From a virus (lineage: Duplodnaviria; Caudoviricetes): a DNA stretch of 53,659 bases. The notes beneath the pieces are model-generated. The model saw nothing but the letters and a program-made list of their open reading frames with translations, did no database searches and was not told where the DNA came from. Positions 1 to 8,950 of the stretch are shown here, piece after piece (position 1 is the stretch's first letter; every line of letters starts with the position of its first letter). Position numbers and translations under genes: made by a program. The DNA is taken from positions 1-53,659 of the IMG/VR virus record IMGVR_UViG_3300005259_000078; one strand, given 5' to 3'.

Positions 1-1716
1 TCAGAAGCTCATCCGATAATCAACAATCTGCAACTGAGGCTTCTTGTCAGGATAATAATCATTGATCTGAGGAGTAGCCAGAATATCCAGTACAGCGTTG
101 CGCATTTCAGACGGATCACAGTTAAAGGCAATGAACTCCATCGATTGATTATACTTATCCACCAAGATACCTCGGCAATGCTTCAACCCAATAGCGGAGC
201 ATTTGACAACCCTGACACCACTAAAAAGGTATACGGGCTTGGAATTGCGATGACCAAAGGGATGGAGCATATCCAAATATTTGAAGAAATCGGTATCCAT
301 CTCGCTGAATTCAGCTCGACCATCGTATTCCGTCGTTTCTTTCAAGTCGTCGGCAGTAAGCTCAAGGCGAACACTCTTCTCCAGTTCTTCACTGAAAGTC
401 TTGATATTCTTTTCTTCCAAGCCCAAGCCGACCGCCATCGGATGACCACCAAAGCGCTTCAGCAGACCAGAAGTCCCCGCCAATACTTTGACCAAGTTTA
501 AACTACCGATGCTCCGCCCGGAACCATGGGCTTCGCCATCCATAATCGTCAGGACAATTGCAGGACGGTTATAATCACGCGCTAACCGCGATGCCACAAT
601 CCCAATCACACCTTGGTGCCAGTTATGGCCGGCGACCAAAATCGAATAACGATTGGCGATATCAATATTTTGTTCAATCTGGTTATGCGCTTCCAGATAG
701 ATCTCCTGCTCTTTTTCCTGACGCTGGCAGTTATATTCCTCCAGCATGGCAGAATAACGGTAAGCCTCTACGATATTATCGGCTTCCAACAGACGCAGGG
801 CAGTTGTGGCATCACCCAAGCGACCCGCAGCATTAATCCGGGGCGCCAATTTAAAAGTAATGTCAGAAGGCTTCAATCCGGTCTTGATTTTGGCCGTTTC
901 AATCAGAGCACGGATACCGGGGCGCAACTGTTTCTTCAACAGCTCAATACCATGTTTAACCATGATACGGTTTTCACCAAGAAGCGGCACGATATCGGCA
1001 ATCGTCCCCAAGGCAACATAATCAAGCACATCCTGGAGATTGGTTGTAAAACCGCCCATATTGTGCTCACGACCATACTTGACAAAGGCATGGGAAAGCT
1101 TGAAAGCTGTCCCCGCGCCAGAGAGCAGATGCAAATCTTCCAGATCCGGATAAATCTTTGGATTGATCAACGCCAACGATTCCGGAAGTTCTTCGCCCGG
1201 CTCGTGATGGTCAGTGATAATAACGTCGATACCCTTGGTATTGGCGGATTTGACCGCATCAATACTGGTAATACCACAGTCTACCGTAATAAGTACGCCA
1301 CATTGCCGCGGCAACTCCGCAATAGCCTTGTCCAATGATTCCGGAGTAAAACCGTAACCATCATCAAAGCGATGCGGAATGAACGAGCAAACCTCAGCGC
1401 CATTTTTACGCAGGACATAGGATAACAAAGCAGTAGCAGTGATACCGTCGGTGTCATAATCACCGTGGATCAAAATCAACTCTTTATTACGAATTGCGAC
1501 CCAGAGTCGCTCAGCTGCTTTTTCAATACCCGGAAAACGATAAGGATCCGACAATTTCCCCAAATTAGGCTGGAGGAAATATTCCACATTGTCGGAAGTA
1601 ACGCCTCTCGCGGCCAAATATACTGCTATCGGGCGCGGGAACGAAAACTTTTCAATCAACTCCTTTTCTACATTCGCCGGGGCATTGTTTGACAAAACCC
1701 ATAGTTTTTTTCCCAT
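1..1716 (-). CDS. recJ: single-stranded-DNA-specific exonuclease RecJ
   Basis: GDYDTDG, TVDCG, TDHH, GTIAD, APRINAAGRL, GSGRS and GGH motifs of the DHH family. Confidence 0.97.
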   Translation of the reverse strand: MGKKLWVLSNNAPANVEKELIEKFSFPRPIAVYLAARGVTSDNVEYFLQPNLGKLSDPYRFPGIEKAAERLWVAIRNKELILIHGDYDTDGITATALLSYVLRKNGAEVCSFIPHRFDDGYGFTPESLDKAIAELPRQCGVLITVDCGITSIDAVKSANTKGIDVIITDHHEPGEELPESLALINPKIYPDLEDLHLLSGAGTAFKLSHAFVKYGREHNMGGFTTNLQDVLDYVALGTIADIVPLLGENRIMVKHGIELLKKQLRPGIRALIETAKIKTGLKPSDITFKLAPRINAAGRLGDATTALRLLEADNIVEAYRYSAMLEEYNCQRQEKEQEIYLEAHNQIEQNIDIANRYSILVAGHNWHQGVIGIVASRLARDYNRPAIVLTIMDGEAHGSGRSIGSLNLVKVLAGTSGLLKRFGGHPMAVGLGLEEKNIKTFSEELEKSVRLELTADDLKETTEYDGRAEFSEMDTDFFKYLDMLHPFGHRNSKPVYLFSGVRVVKCSAIGLKHCRGILVDKYNQSMEFIAFNCDPSEMRNAVLDILATPQINDYYPDKKPQLQIVDYRMSF

Positions 1717-1876
1717 CAGATACTCTTTCTTTGATTATTATGGAGTTAATCTAATACATGCCATAGCTTAGTGCCAGTTTTTTTAAACTTTTTGCGTTTT
1801 TTTTTAGAGTTCACTTGTAAAGCGTCAAAACGCCGTTACTTTATAAGCCTTGTAAATCAACTACGATTTACTAAGT

Positions 1877-1962
<86 letters not shown>

Positions 1963-2011
1963 TTTTTCCTTCCTTATTAAGCTCCAATAAACAACCCCAA
2001 GCGTAAGTTTT

Positions 2012-2043
2012 GTATGTATCTATGTATGTAACAAAGTATGTAA
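2012..2043 (+). promoter_or_regulatory. putative integrase arm-type sites (GTATGTA x3, 12-bp period)
   Basis: GTATGTA at 2012, 2024 and 2036; same motif and period inside attR at 37928 and 37940. Confidence 0.7.
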
Positions 2044-2139
2044 TTAGTGTCATATTAATATAAAAACAGGTTAATCTTCTACTGTTATTCACTGATTACA
2101 CTTTGCGAAATATCCTTCCACCTCAAACCTTGCACGCTG

Positions 2140-2210
2140 CCACCTTCACAAAAATATCAAAGTGTAAAAAGTGAAGGCGGGGGGTGAGTGATTTTCCCCT
2201 GTGCTTTCCG
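2140..2210. other. candidate cos/packaging site
   Basis: Inverted repeat CCACCTTCAC...GTGAAGGCGG, AGGCGGGG and (minus strand) GGAAAGCAC resemble parts of P2 cos; position next to att as in HP1. Confidence 0.4.
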
Positions 2211-2220
2211 TTTTGGGGTT

Positions 2221-2389
2221 GATAGGCCTCCTAGGCCGTCTATGATGCAATTTGCGACATGCTTGGCGCTGATCCTGGTGCCCTTGTGGCGTGGGTTTGG
2301 CGTCCTGAGCTGTCTATTATGGAAAATCATTTCCCCCCTGTTTTCTGCCACGTTTTTGATTAATAGATAGGCGTCCTAAGCCGTCAATT
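2221..2389 (+). repeat. three imperfect ~19-bp direct repeats
   Basis: GGCCTCCTAGGCCGTCTAT (2225), GGCGTCCTGAGCTGTCTAT (2299), GGCGTCCTAAGCCGTCAAT (2370). Confidence 0.65.
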
Positions 2390-2403
2390 AAAAGTATTTC
2401 GCC

Positions 2404-2431
2404 TTGAGAAAATTTGCTGATGTGATAGATT
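2404..2431 (+). promoter_or_regulatory. putative sigma70 promoter for the structured RNA
   Basis: TTGAGA-N16-TAGATT with TGn extended -10. Confidence 0.4.
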
Positions 2432-2437
2432 AAGCGC

Positions 2438-2661
2438 GCTGTGCTATCACCACAGCCGACGTTACGACGGGTTCACCAAACCCCTGCGAAACGAACAGTC
2501 TACCCCCTGTATGGGGGGAGGGTGTTTTGTTCTGGTGGACTTGGTCGTAACGATAGCCGGTACCGGGTGGTGCTGGCCGGTGACAAAGGGTGATAGCCTT
2601 TTCGTTACGGCCTTCTTGTAACAATGTGTTGCGAGGAGGTTGGCGGATCTCCTCGCGGCAC
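2438..2661 (+). ncRNA. putative structured non-coding RNA
   Basis: Helices 2443-2451/2589-2597, 2460-2478/2533-2552, 2556-2564/2569-2577, 2604-2622 and 2626-2638/2649-2661; most non-Watson-Crick positions are G-U only on the + strand. Confidence 0.5.
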
Positions 2662-2682
2662 GATCTTATTAATTTGTCTCTT

Positions 2683-3885
2683 CTACTTGATTTTATCAAC
2701 CATTTCAATGCGCATTCCCAGCCATCTCATAACATTGACACATTGACTGTTGCCGCATGTTTTATATCTGGGCCCGTCAGGACAATCTGCGGCTGGTTTG
2801 CCTTTCCATGATATTCTTGTGTGATCGTCAGGGAAGCCCATCAGACGTTCACATTCAACAGGAGTTAACTTTCTGACGGTATGCTTAGCGCTGATTGCTG
2901 GGATTATTGATCCTCCGCTTTCTCCGCCGCTTCTAAGCGTTGGTGCCAGGTTATTGGCCCAATCGTTACCCGCATCGTTTTTGGTGAAACAACAAACTCC
3001 ATGAGTACCGATTGTGTTTAGCGTAAACTGCACATCTTCATTTATTCCGCTTCCGTTGCCGCCATTTTGGGGCAATCGTCCGATTATATTTTCCGCAATG
3101 CCATAACTCTTTTGCAATGCGTTCAGAGGATTTCCATTCCCGTCGATGAAGGTTTGTTGCTGTTCTTTGCCGCTTGCTCCTCCAGTGCTCGCCGTAAGGC
3201 TTCTGGCAATACCCGTCCCCGCTTGACGGACCGGTGCAGTATTCCTTTGCAAGCAGTCTCGGTCAAATAATACTTTTGCGGCACGTTCCCAGCTTCCAAT
3301 ATATCCGATAACGAAGAGACGCCGTCTTCTTTGAGGGATTGCTCTTGGATATCCGGCCACTCGCGTGTACTGAGCGTCAAGCACTCTCCACGCCAAGCCG
3401 AATCCTCCTGGCGCCGGAGTAATGACTCCGGAGTTTTTCCAGCGTCTTGTTCCTTTTTTGTCGACGATCGGCACTTCGATTTCCCAGCCGCAGAGCAAGG
3501 ATAATAACCAGGCAAAATCTTTTCCCTGGTTGCTTGATAATACGCCTGGAACGTTTTCCCACAACAGCCAGCGGACGCCGGTTTCAAAAGCAAGTCTGGC
3601 GAATTCGCACGCAAGATTGCCGCGACGATCGGTGAGTCCGGTTCGTTTGCCGGCAATACTGAAAGATTGGCAGGGAGTCCCGCCAGTGAGTAGGTCAATT
3701 TTTCCACGATAAGTTTTTCCATTGATTTTGGTGAAGTCGCCAAGATTGGGCGTTTGAGGCCAGCGCGCCGCCAGTACTGATGCCGGAAAAGGCTCGATTT
3801 CGCTGTAGAATTCAGCGTCCCATCCGAGCGGTTTCCAGGCCAGCGTGGCAGCGTCGATTCCCGAACAGACGCTGCCGTATTTCAT
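2683..3885 (-). CDS. DNA cytosine-C5 methyltransferase
   Basis: SVCSGIDA (motif I), GGTPCQSFS (IV), WENVPG (VI), QRRRRLF (VIII), RKLTPVECERLMGFP (IX), GNS (X); ATG 3885 overlaps the upstream stop. Confidence 0.93.
   Translation of the reverse strand: MKYGSVCSGIDAATLAWKPLGWDAEFYSEIEPFPASVLAARWPQTPNLGDFTKINGKTYRGKIDLLTGGTPCQSFSIAGKRTGLTDRRGNLACEFARLAFETGVRWLLWENVPGVLSSNQGKDFAWLLSLLCGWEIEVPIVDKKGTRRWKNSGVITPAPGGFGLAWRVLDAQYTRVAGYPRAIPQRRRRLFVIGYIGSWERAAKVLFDRDCLQRNTAPVRQAGTGIARSLTASTGGASGKEQQQTFIDGNGNPLNALQKSYGIAENIIGRLPQNGGNGSGINEDVQFTLNTIGTHGVCCFTKNDAGNDWANNLAPTLRSGGESGGSIIPAISAKHTVRKLTPVECERLMGFPDDHTRISWKGKPAADCPDGPRYKTCGNSQCVNVMRWLGMRIEMVDKIK
3123..3743 (-). CDS. nested out-of-frame ORF, putative beta polypeptide of the C5 methyltransferase
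   Basis: 206-codon open alternative frame ending SLSDILE..VPQKYYLT..ACKGILHRSVKRGRVLP; start uncertain (TTG 3743 or ATG 3722). Confidence 0.5.
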   Translation of the reverse strand: MATSPKSMEKLIVEKLTYSLAGLPANLSVLPANEPDSPIVAAILRANSPDLLLKPASAGCCGKTFQAYYQATREKILPGYYPCSAAGKSKCRSSTKKEQDAGKTPESLLRRQEDSAWRGECLTLSTREWPDIQEQSLKEDGVSSLSDILEAGNVPQKYYLTETACKGILHRSVKRGRVLPEALRRALEEQAAKNSNKPSSTGMEIL

Positions 3886-4673
3886 GGTTGCGGCTCCTGA
3901 TAATTCCAGGTTAGGCATTCAGTCTTGCGCTTACCGGCATTGTGCTTTCCGGAAACGGCGATCGGCTGATCGATGTCGCGCTGACGTATTCCTGGAAGAT
4001 CTCGCAGCGCATCAAGTTCCGGACACGGATAACTTGACATCAGCCAGCGCCCCTGCAGATCCGGCAGCAACTTTAAGAGCAGATAAAAGACATCCTTGCC
4101 CTTATTGTAGTGACCGCAATCGCTGTTTGCATATGGCGGATCCAGATAGTAGAACGTATCCGGCGAATCGTACTTCCGGATCACGTCCAGGGCATCGCGG
4201 CAGAAGATCTGCACGTGTTCAAATCTGGCGCCCAGTTCCCGGGTGAATTCGGCCTTGCGATTGAACGTGCATCTGGCTGGTTGGACCGTCTTGGCGAACG
4301 CAAATCCGCCGCAGATCGAATGACTGAAGCAGAGCTGCGCTTGCGCCCAGAAAGCCCAGGCGCGTTTTAGCTTAGTGTATCCAACCGGATTTTTGATGAT
4401 TTCTTTGGATTCCAGATAAGCGCGTTCGGCATGTAGCGTCCGCTGGATCATGCCCTGCAGCCGATCAAAATCGGACTTCATTACCTGGTAGAAGTTGGTG
4501 ACCATGTCCAGATTATCATTGATAACCTCGACCTCTGACTTTTGTTTCCCGAAGAACACGGCGCCGCCGCCGAAAAATGGTTCGGCGTAGATGCGGTGGT
4601 CTCCAGGGATCAGCGGCAGAATGTGCTTTAACATTCGTGTTTTGCCGCCGTAGTAGATGATTGGTGTCTTCAT
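3882..4673 (-). CDS. Dam-like (D12 class) N6-adenine DNA methyltransferase
   Basis: YYGGK, EPFFGGGAV, EVIND and YLDPPY motifs. Confidence 0.93.
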   Translation of the reverse strand: MKTPIIYYGGKTRMLKHILPLIPGDHRIYAEPFFGGGAVFFGKQKSEVEVINDNLDMVTNFYQVMKSDFDRLQGMIQRTLHAERAYLESKEIIKNPVGYTKLKRAWAFWAQAQLCFSHSICGGFAFAKTVQPARCTFNRKAEFTRELGARFEHVQIFCRDALDVIRKYDSPDTFYYLDPPYANSDCGHYNKGKDVFYLLLKLLPDLQGRWLMSSYPCPELDALRDLPGIRQRDIDQPIAVSGKHNAGKRKTECLTWNYQEPQP

Positions 4674-4696
4674 CTATCCCCTTTGGTTTGTTTTTT

Positions 4697-5533
4697 TTAT
4701 TGCTTACAACAGGGCTTGTCGGCCCCGCAACTTTCATGATGTCCGCAGTTTTGGATGAATTGACATTTGCCGCACGGTTCGCCACCTCCGCCGGCAGTTT
4801 TGACAAAGGCGTCGAGCTTTGTTTTCAACCCCTGAATTACATCTTCCTGAAGCTGCACGTCGCCGCCTTCAACGATCGGTCCTACGTTCGGGTGCGTGTG
4901 CCCGTCCAGGATATTAAATGCCGTGATTACTGCCGCCATGAAATCAGACAGCAGCTTCAGCCCGTTGTCTGCCTGGTTGCCGATCCAGATCTGGCTGGCT
5001 ACATCATCGATCGTGCCCGGCGTCCGTCGCAACCAGTTCCCGGATCCGTCGACTTTCTGGTAACTCTTCAGCGACTGCTGCCAGCGCATATCGTCCCCGC
5101 CGATTTCCGGTACCGCCAGATTGTCGGGAAAAATGGACCTGATAAACGGACGGCTCTGCATTCCCCAGGCGAACGCTAGTTCCACTATTGTGCCTGGCTG
5201 CGGCAGCGCCGCGAATCCGCGTTCCGTTCCCGCCGCCGTCATCGCCACCGGTACGTCTCTGATCAGCGGCATGTCCGGATCGATTTCGCCGGTTGGCAGC
5301 AGCAGCCGCACGTCGACCGCATAGCGCGGCCGTTCCGGCGTGGATATCCGCGCCTGTTCCGTGCAGTCGCTTGGGCATTGATGACAATGCCGCGGCAATC
5401 CCAGGCATCGCTTGAAGCCGACTTCGCCGGGCGGATCCGGAATGCTTTCTACTCTGGCCAGCTGGGGAAGATGTGTTCCGGCCGTCAATTCCGGCCAGAG
5501 CCTGGCCACGATCTTTTTTATCATGCCTTTCAT
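4697..5533 (-). CDS. baseplate spike (gpV-like, HP1-type) with Cys-rich segments
   Basis: PRYAVDV, LPQPGTIVELAF..PFIR OB-fold pattern, HTH (HxH) apex motif, position in tail operon. Confidence 0.7.
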   Translation of the reverse strand: MKGMIKKIVARLWPELTAGTHLPQLARVESIPDPPGEVGFKRCLGLPRHCHQCPSDCTEQARISTPERPRYAVDVRLLLPTGEIDPDMPLIRDVPVAMTAAGTERGFAALPQPGTIVELAFAWGMQSRPFIRSIFPDNLAVPEIGGDDMRWQQSLKSYQKVDGSGNWLRRTPGTIDDVASQIWIGNQADNGLKLLSDFMAAVITAFNILDGHTHPNVGPIVEGGDVQLQEDVIQGLKTKLDAFVKTAGGGGEPCGKCQFIQNCGHHESCGADKPCCKQ

Positions 5534-6231
5534 GATTGTTCCTCGAAATTCAGCCGCATCGATTCCGCGGCCACGCTGATTTTATTGATGGTCACCATGT
5601 CGCCGCTGTTGCCGATCTGCAGCCGCCGTCCCGGGCGGAAGCCGGGCACATAAGGGCACCCGGCGCCGCTGGCTGACAAGTCGGTAAAAAACTGCGCCGC
5701 GATGGCCAGCGGTTTGCTGTAAACTTCCATCTCTGCGCGACTGCCGATGAAGATCGATCCGTCCGGCTGACATTGCCAGGTAAAATCGTCGATCGCCAGT
5801 TCGTGGCCGATCAGATCCAGCGCCTCATAGCCGGTTCCGATGTTGATAAAGTGCGGTATGCTCCTGATTGCCAGCAGCGGATTGCCCAAAACAAACGCCA
5901 CGCCGGTGGCCAGTGAGATTTGCCCCAGAATCACCTGCAGCTGAGTATTGCGGAAAGACATGGTCCAGCGCCCGGCCAGTACGGCGCCCGATTCCCTGAT
6001 CAGCAGCCGCTGCTGCTTGGCGTCGATCTGCCGGCAGTTGTCGACATAGCCGGTCATCACCGTCTCGAAGGCGTTGTTGATCCCGGCGACCAGCACGGCT
6101 TTGCCCGATAACGCCTGTTCGCTTCGTACCACGAATATGCCGCGACCGGGCGTGCCCAGTTCCAGCGTTATATTGTCGCTGACGATCGGGATCTTGCTGC
6201 CGCCAATGGTTAGGACCTTGTCTATTTTCAT
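5530..6231 (-). CDS. baseplate hub-like protein (HP1-type)
   Basis: TPGRG, IPHF..G.GY, WQCQPDGSIFIG pattern; synteny. Confidence 0.65.
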   Translation of the reverse strand: MKIDKVLTIGGSKIPIVSDNITLELGTPGRGIFVVRSEQALSGKAVLVAGINNAFETVMTGYVDNCRQIDAKQQRLLIRESGAVLAGRWTMSFRNTQLQVILGQISLATGVAFVLGNPLLAIRSIPHFINIGTGYEALDLIGHELAIDDFTWQCQPDGSIFIGSRAEMEVYSKPLAIAAQFFTDLSASGAGCPYVPGFRPGRRLQIGNSGDMVTINKISVAAESMRLNFEEQS

Positions 6232-6788
6232 ATGGCTTTAGATACTGCCTGAGTTACGCTGTTGCCGCTGCTGTTGCTGACGGTACCGCCCTGCAGCTTG
6301 GCCGCTTCCACCACTTTGGCGTGGTCGACGCTGCCGACCGCCTGGGCTCCGTCCGTGGTCGTGGACGCGGCTGCGGCCGCTTTCTCCTGGATCCGTTCTT
6401 CGCGCTTGGCCAGCGCCGGATTTTGTTCTTTCAGGTCGAACGATACGTCCCAGCAGAGCAGCCCGGGCGCTTTCTGCGATCGCAGAGATCCGGCGAAGAT
6501 CACCTGGCGGATCTTGGCCAGGGCGCACTGGTCGTCGACAATTGAAAAAATAATCGGATCGCCTTTTTCATCCAGCGCAGCCGCCAGTACGTGGATCTGT
6601 TCCAGCAGCTCTTTTTCATCGAACGGGATCTGCAGCGAAACGCTGACGCTTTTTTTTGTGCTGTCGACGGCGAAACTGGCGGAACTCGTCTGCCCGGATA
6701 GATCCTTGCGTTCAAATTCCGCCGTCACCGCCACCGTCAGATTTTTGCCGGTGATGGACAGCTCGTATCCGTTACCCGACAAAATCAT
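6228..6788 (-). CDS. baseplate complex protein
   Basis: KDLSGQTSS...W.VSF.LKE pattern of HP1-like tail genes; overlaps neighbours. Confidence 0.6.
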   Translation of the reverse strand: MILSGNGYELSITGKNLTVAVTAEFERKDLSGQTSSASFAVDSTKKSVSVSLQIPFDEKELLEQIHVLAAALDEKGDPIIFSIVDDQCALAKIRQVIFAGSLRSQKAPGLLCWDVSFDLKEQNPALAKREERIQEKAAAAASTTTDGAQAVGSVDHAKVVEAAKLQGGTVSNSSGNSVTQAVSKAI

Positions 6789-7317
6789 ATTTGGCCTCGA
6801 AAAGTTTGGTTACAATCGCCTCGATCTCGATCAGCCGCTGCAGCCGTACCGGATTGCATTGCGGCCGTTCGGAATAGTAATAATCGTAGTCGGGCGGCAA
6901 CGGCTTGTCCGCCCAGAATGCTTCGCTGCCGCCCATGGACAGCAGCTCGTTGTACTCTTTGCGCCGGCACGTCCTGACGTTGTTCAGGATGGCGGCGCCG
7001 TCTGCGATCATTACGCCGTGATTGAGATCGAACCAGTGATCTGCTAACAGCTTGTAGGCCAAGCCTTCCGCCACCGATTTAAACGACAGCGGAAACGTGT
7101 ACATCCAGTCGTGATTGTGGCTGACCGGATTGATGTTCATCCCCCAGTTGGTGTCCGGCGTCAGGTGAAACAACCAGCCTTCGGTTTCGCTGCCGACCCC
7201 GTTGGCGATCTCGTCGACCAGATCCGGCCGCTCCATCAGGGCGATCCGGTAATCGTCCGCAACGATCAACTTCAGGCGCAACGTTTCGTCTTTGACTTTG
7301 CCGATTGCCATTTTCAT
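6772..7317 (-). CDS. hypothetical protein with phospholipase A2-like/DUF1353-like HD motif
   Basis: NGVGS...PDT.WG.NINPVSHNHDWMY. Confidence 0.5.
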   Translation of the reverse strand: MKMAIGKVKDETLRLKLIVADDYRIALMERPDLVDEIANGVGSETEGWLFHLTPDTNWGMNINPVSHNHDWMYTFPLSFKSVAEGLAYKLLADHWFDLNHGVMIADGAAILNNVRTCRRKEYNELLSMGGSEAFWADKPLPPDYDYYYSERPQCNPVRLQRLIEIEAIVTKLFEAKYDFVG

Positions 7318-7760
7318 TTGGTTGAATCCAGTATTTTTTGCAGGGTTGCCATGTCCCAGGGCTTTTTCGCTTCGCCTTGATACGGCCTTGCATAGCCCTG
7401 CTTGATCAGTTCCGCACAGATGTCCGTGCCGTCAATGGCCAGTACGGCCAGCAAGCGCCCGTATTTGTCGCGATCGACGTTTCTGATCGTTGCTATGCCG
7501 CCGGCGACAATCCGCGCGGTCAGACGGCTTTTTGCCACCATTCCGGCCGCTTTTTCCAGCTCGTTGGTGGTGTGTATTTCCGGCGTGTCGATTCCGTCCA
7601 GGCGAATCGACTGTTCCACCAATACCACGCCCAGCCCCAGTTCGACGTCGGCCCGGATGGTGTCGCCGTCCAGGATGTAGATATTGCTCAGTTTGTATTC
7701 CGCAGCGGCGCCGATCAGACCGCAGCCCAGCAGTACGATAATCGCCAGCAGCTTTTTCAT
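7314..7760 (-). CDS. secreted thermonuclease (SNase-like)
   Basis: Signal peptide; DGDT, IRLDGIDTPE, DKYGRLLA, LIKQGYA motifs. Confidence 0.9.
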   Translation of the reverse strand: MKKLLAIIVLLGCGLIGAAAEYKLSNIYILDGDTIRADVELGLGVVLVEQSIRLDGIDTPEIHTTNELEKAAGMVAKSRLTARIVAGGIATIRNVDRDKYGRLLAVLAIDGTDICAELIKQGYARPYQGEAKKPWDMATLQKILDSTK

Positions 7761-8242
7761 TGTTTCACCGCCGTGCTGCCGACATTTGCTGTCGCTGCCT
7801 GGGTGGTATTGCCGACATTTGATGTCGCTGTCGTGCTGCCGGTGGCTGATTTTACTTCACTGGTGGCCGGTACCGATCGCAACGCTTTTACTCGCTTTTC
7901 CGTATCGTTTGCCGTTTCGTTCGGCGCTCCGATGTAGCTCATGGTTTCGGCGGTGTCATCGACTCCGAACAGCGATCCCAGGAATGATCTCTTCTTGGCG
8001 TAAGTGAATACCACCTGGGTGGTGGCGTCTTTTGGTAGTGACGGCGCTGACGCATAGGAAAAGCAGTCCTGGGCATACCAGACGTTCGGCATCGGCATCG
8101 AGCCGCTGGACGCGCTGCCGGTGGTTTCCACTTTCAACCCGTCGATCCCGTTGGAACAGGCCACTGCTTTGTCGGCCAAGCATCCGGTCAGCGCCAGACC
8201 GCAGCCCAGCGCCAATAATGCAGCGATAAAAAAGTTTCTCAT
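7757..8242 (-). CDS. putative lipoprotein
   Basis: Signal peptide with LALTG-C lipobox; Ser/Thr-rich tail. Confidence 0.65.
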   Translation of the reverse strand: MRNFFIAALLALGCGLALTGCLADKAVACSNGIDGLKVETTGSASSGSMPMPNVWYAQDCFSYASAPSLPKDATTQVVFTYAKKRSFLGSLFGVDDTAETMSYIGAPNETANDTEKRVKALRSVPATSEVKSATGSTTATSNVGNTTQAATANVGSTAVKQ

Positions 8243-8287
8243 AATGCCCCCTTGGCCCGACCGGATCTTTCCGGCCGGGCGGTTAAA

Positions 8288-8593
8288 TTACTGGTTGGTG
8301 ACGGCGCTGTCGGTCGCGGTCGAGTTCTCGATTTTGGCTGCGGCCTTGGTCTTCAGCTGGTTGTAGATCTGCTTCAGCAGCACGGCTTCGGCGGCGGTCA
8401 TCTTCTCACCGGCCACCTGTTCCTGCAGCCACTGATCGGCTTCGGCTTCCCCTTTCGGCAGCAGCTTTTCTTTGACTGCCGCTTCCGCCTTGGCTTTGAT
8501 CTCCGCTTTCTGTTCGGCGGTCAGCTCGCAGCCTACGGCCATCATCAGCCCTGCAGCGGCCAGCGCCATCAGTCCCGTTTTCATTTTGATCAT
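8288..8593 (-). CDS. putative lipoprotein (helical)
   Basis: MAVG-C lipobox after a hydrophobic signal. Confidence 0.65.
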   Translation of the reverse strand: MIKMKTGLMALAAAGLMMAVGCELTAEQKAEIKAKAEAAVKEKLLPKGEAEADQWLQEQVAGEKMTAAEAVLLKQIYNQLKTKAAAKIENSTATDSAVTNQ

Positions 8594-8611
8594 ATTCCCC
8601 TGTCCTTATTG

Positions 8612-8932
8612 TTATTGCTCCGGATCCGGAGCTTTTACGATCTTGACGTGTCCCGCTCTGCCCGGTTCCAGCGGTCGGGCGATCACCAGCAGCCGGGTCA
8701 CGTCCTGCCGCAGTTCGGCCAGATCCTTCTTGATCTCGCGCAGATCGTCCCGCTGCCCCGCCACGTCCTGCTTGGTCTGCTTCAATTCCTGGATTGCGAC
8801 GGACGCCGTATTCAGCCAGCGCCCCGCGTAGTCCATCGTCGCAAACGTGCCGTACAGGGCCGAAGCCGCCGCCGCTGCGATCGAAACGTATTTTCCCGCC
8901 AGGCTCAGTCTTCTTTTCCGTTCGTCCGTCAT
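8612..8932 (-). CDS. small membrane/coiled-coil protein (holin- or spanin-like)
   Basis: Basic N-terminus, one hydrophobic segment, heptad coiled coil; GGGG RBS. Confidence 0.5.
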   Translation of the reverse strand: MTDERKRRLSLAGKYVSIAAAAASALYGTFATMDYAGRWLNTASVAIQELKQTKQDVAGQRDDLREIKKDLAELRQDVTRLLVIARPLEPGRAGHVKIVKAPDPEQ

Positions 8933-8950
8933 TCCCCCGTCCCCTTATGT

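Noticed and set aside
2221-2389. Mini-CRISPR array
   Set aside because: Repeats are short and degenerate, flanks resemble each other, and no cas genes are present
2438-2600. Retron msr/msd or DGR template
   Set aside because: No reverse transcriptase motif recognised in the window and no adenine-variant copy seen in the fibre gene
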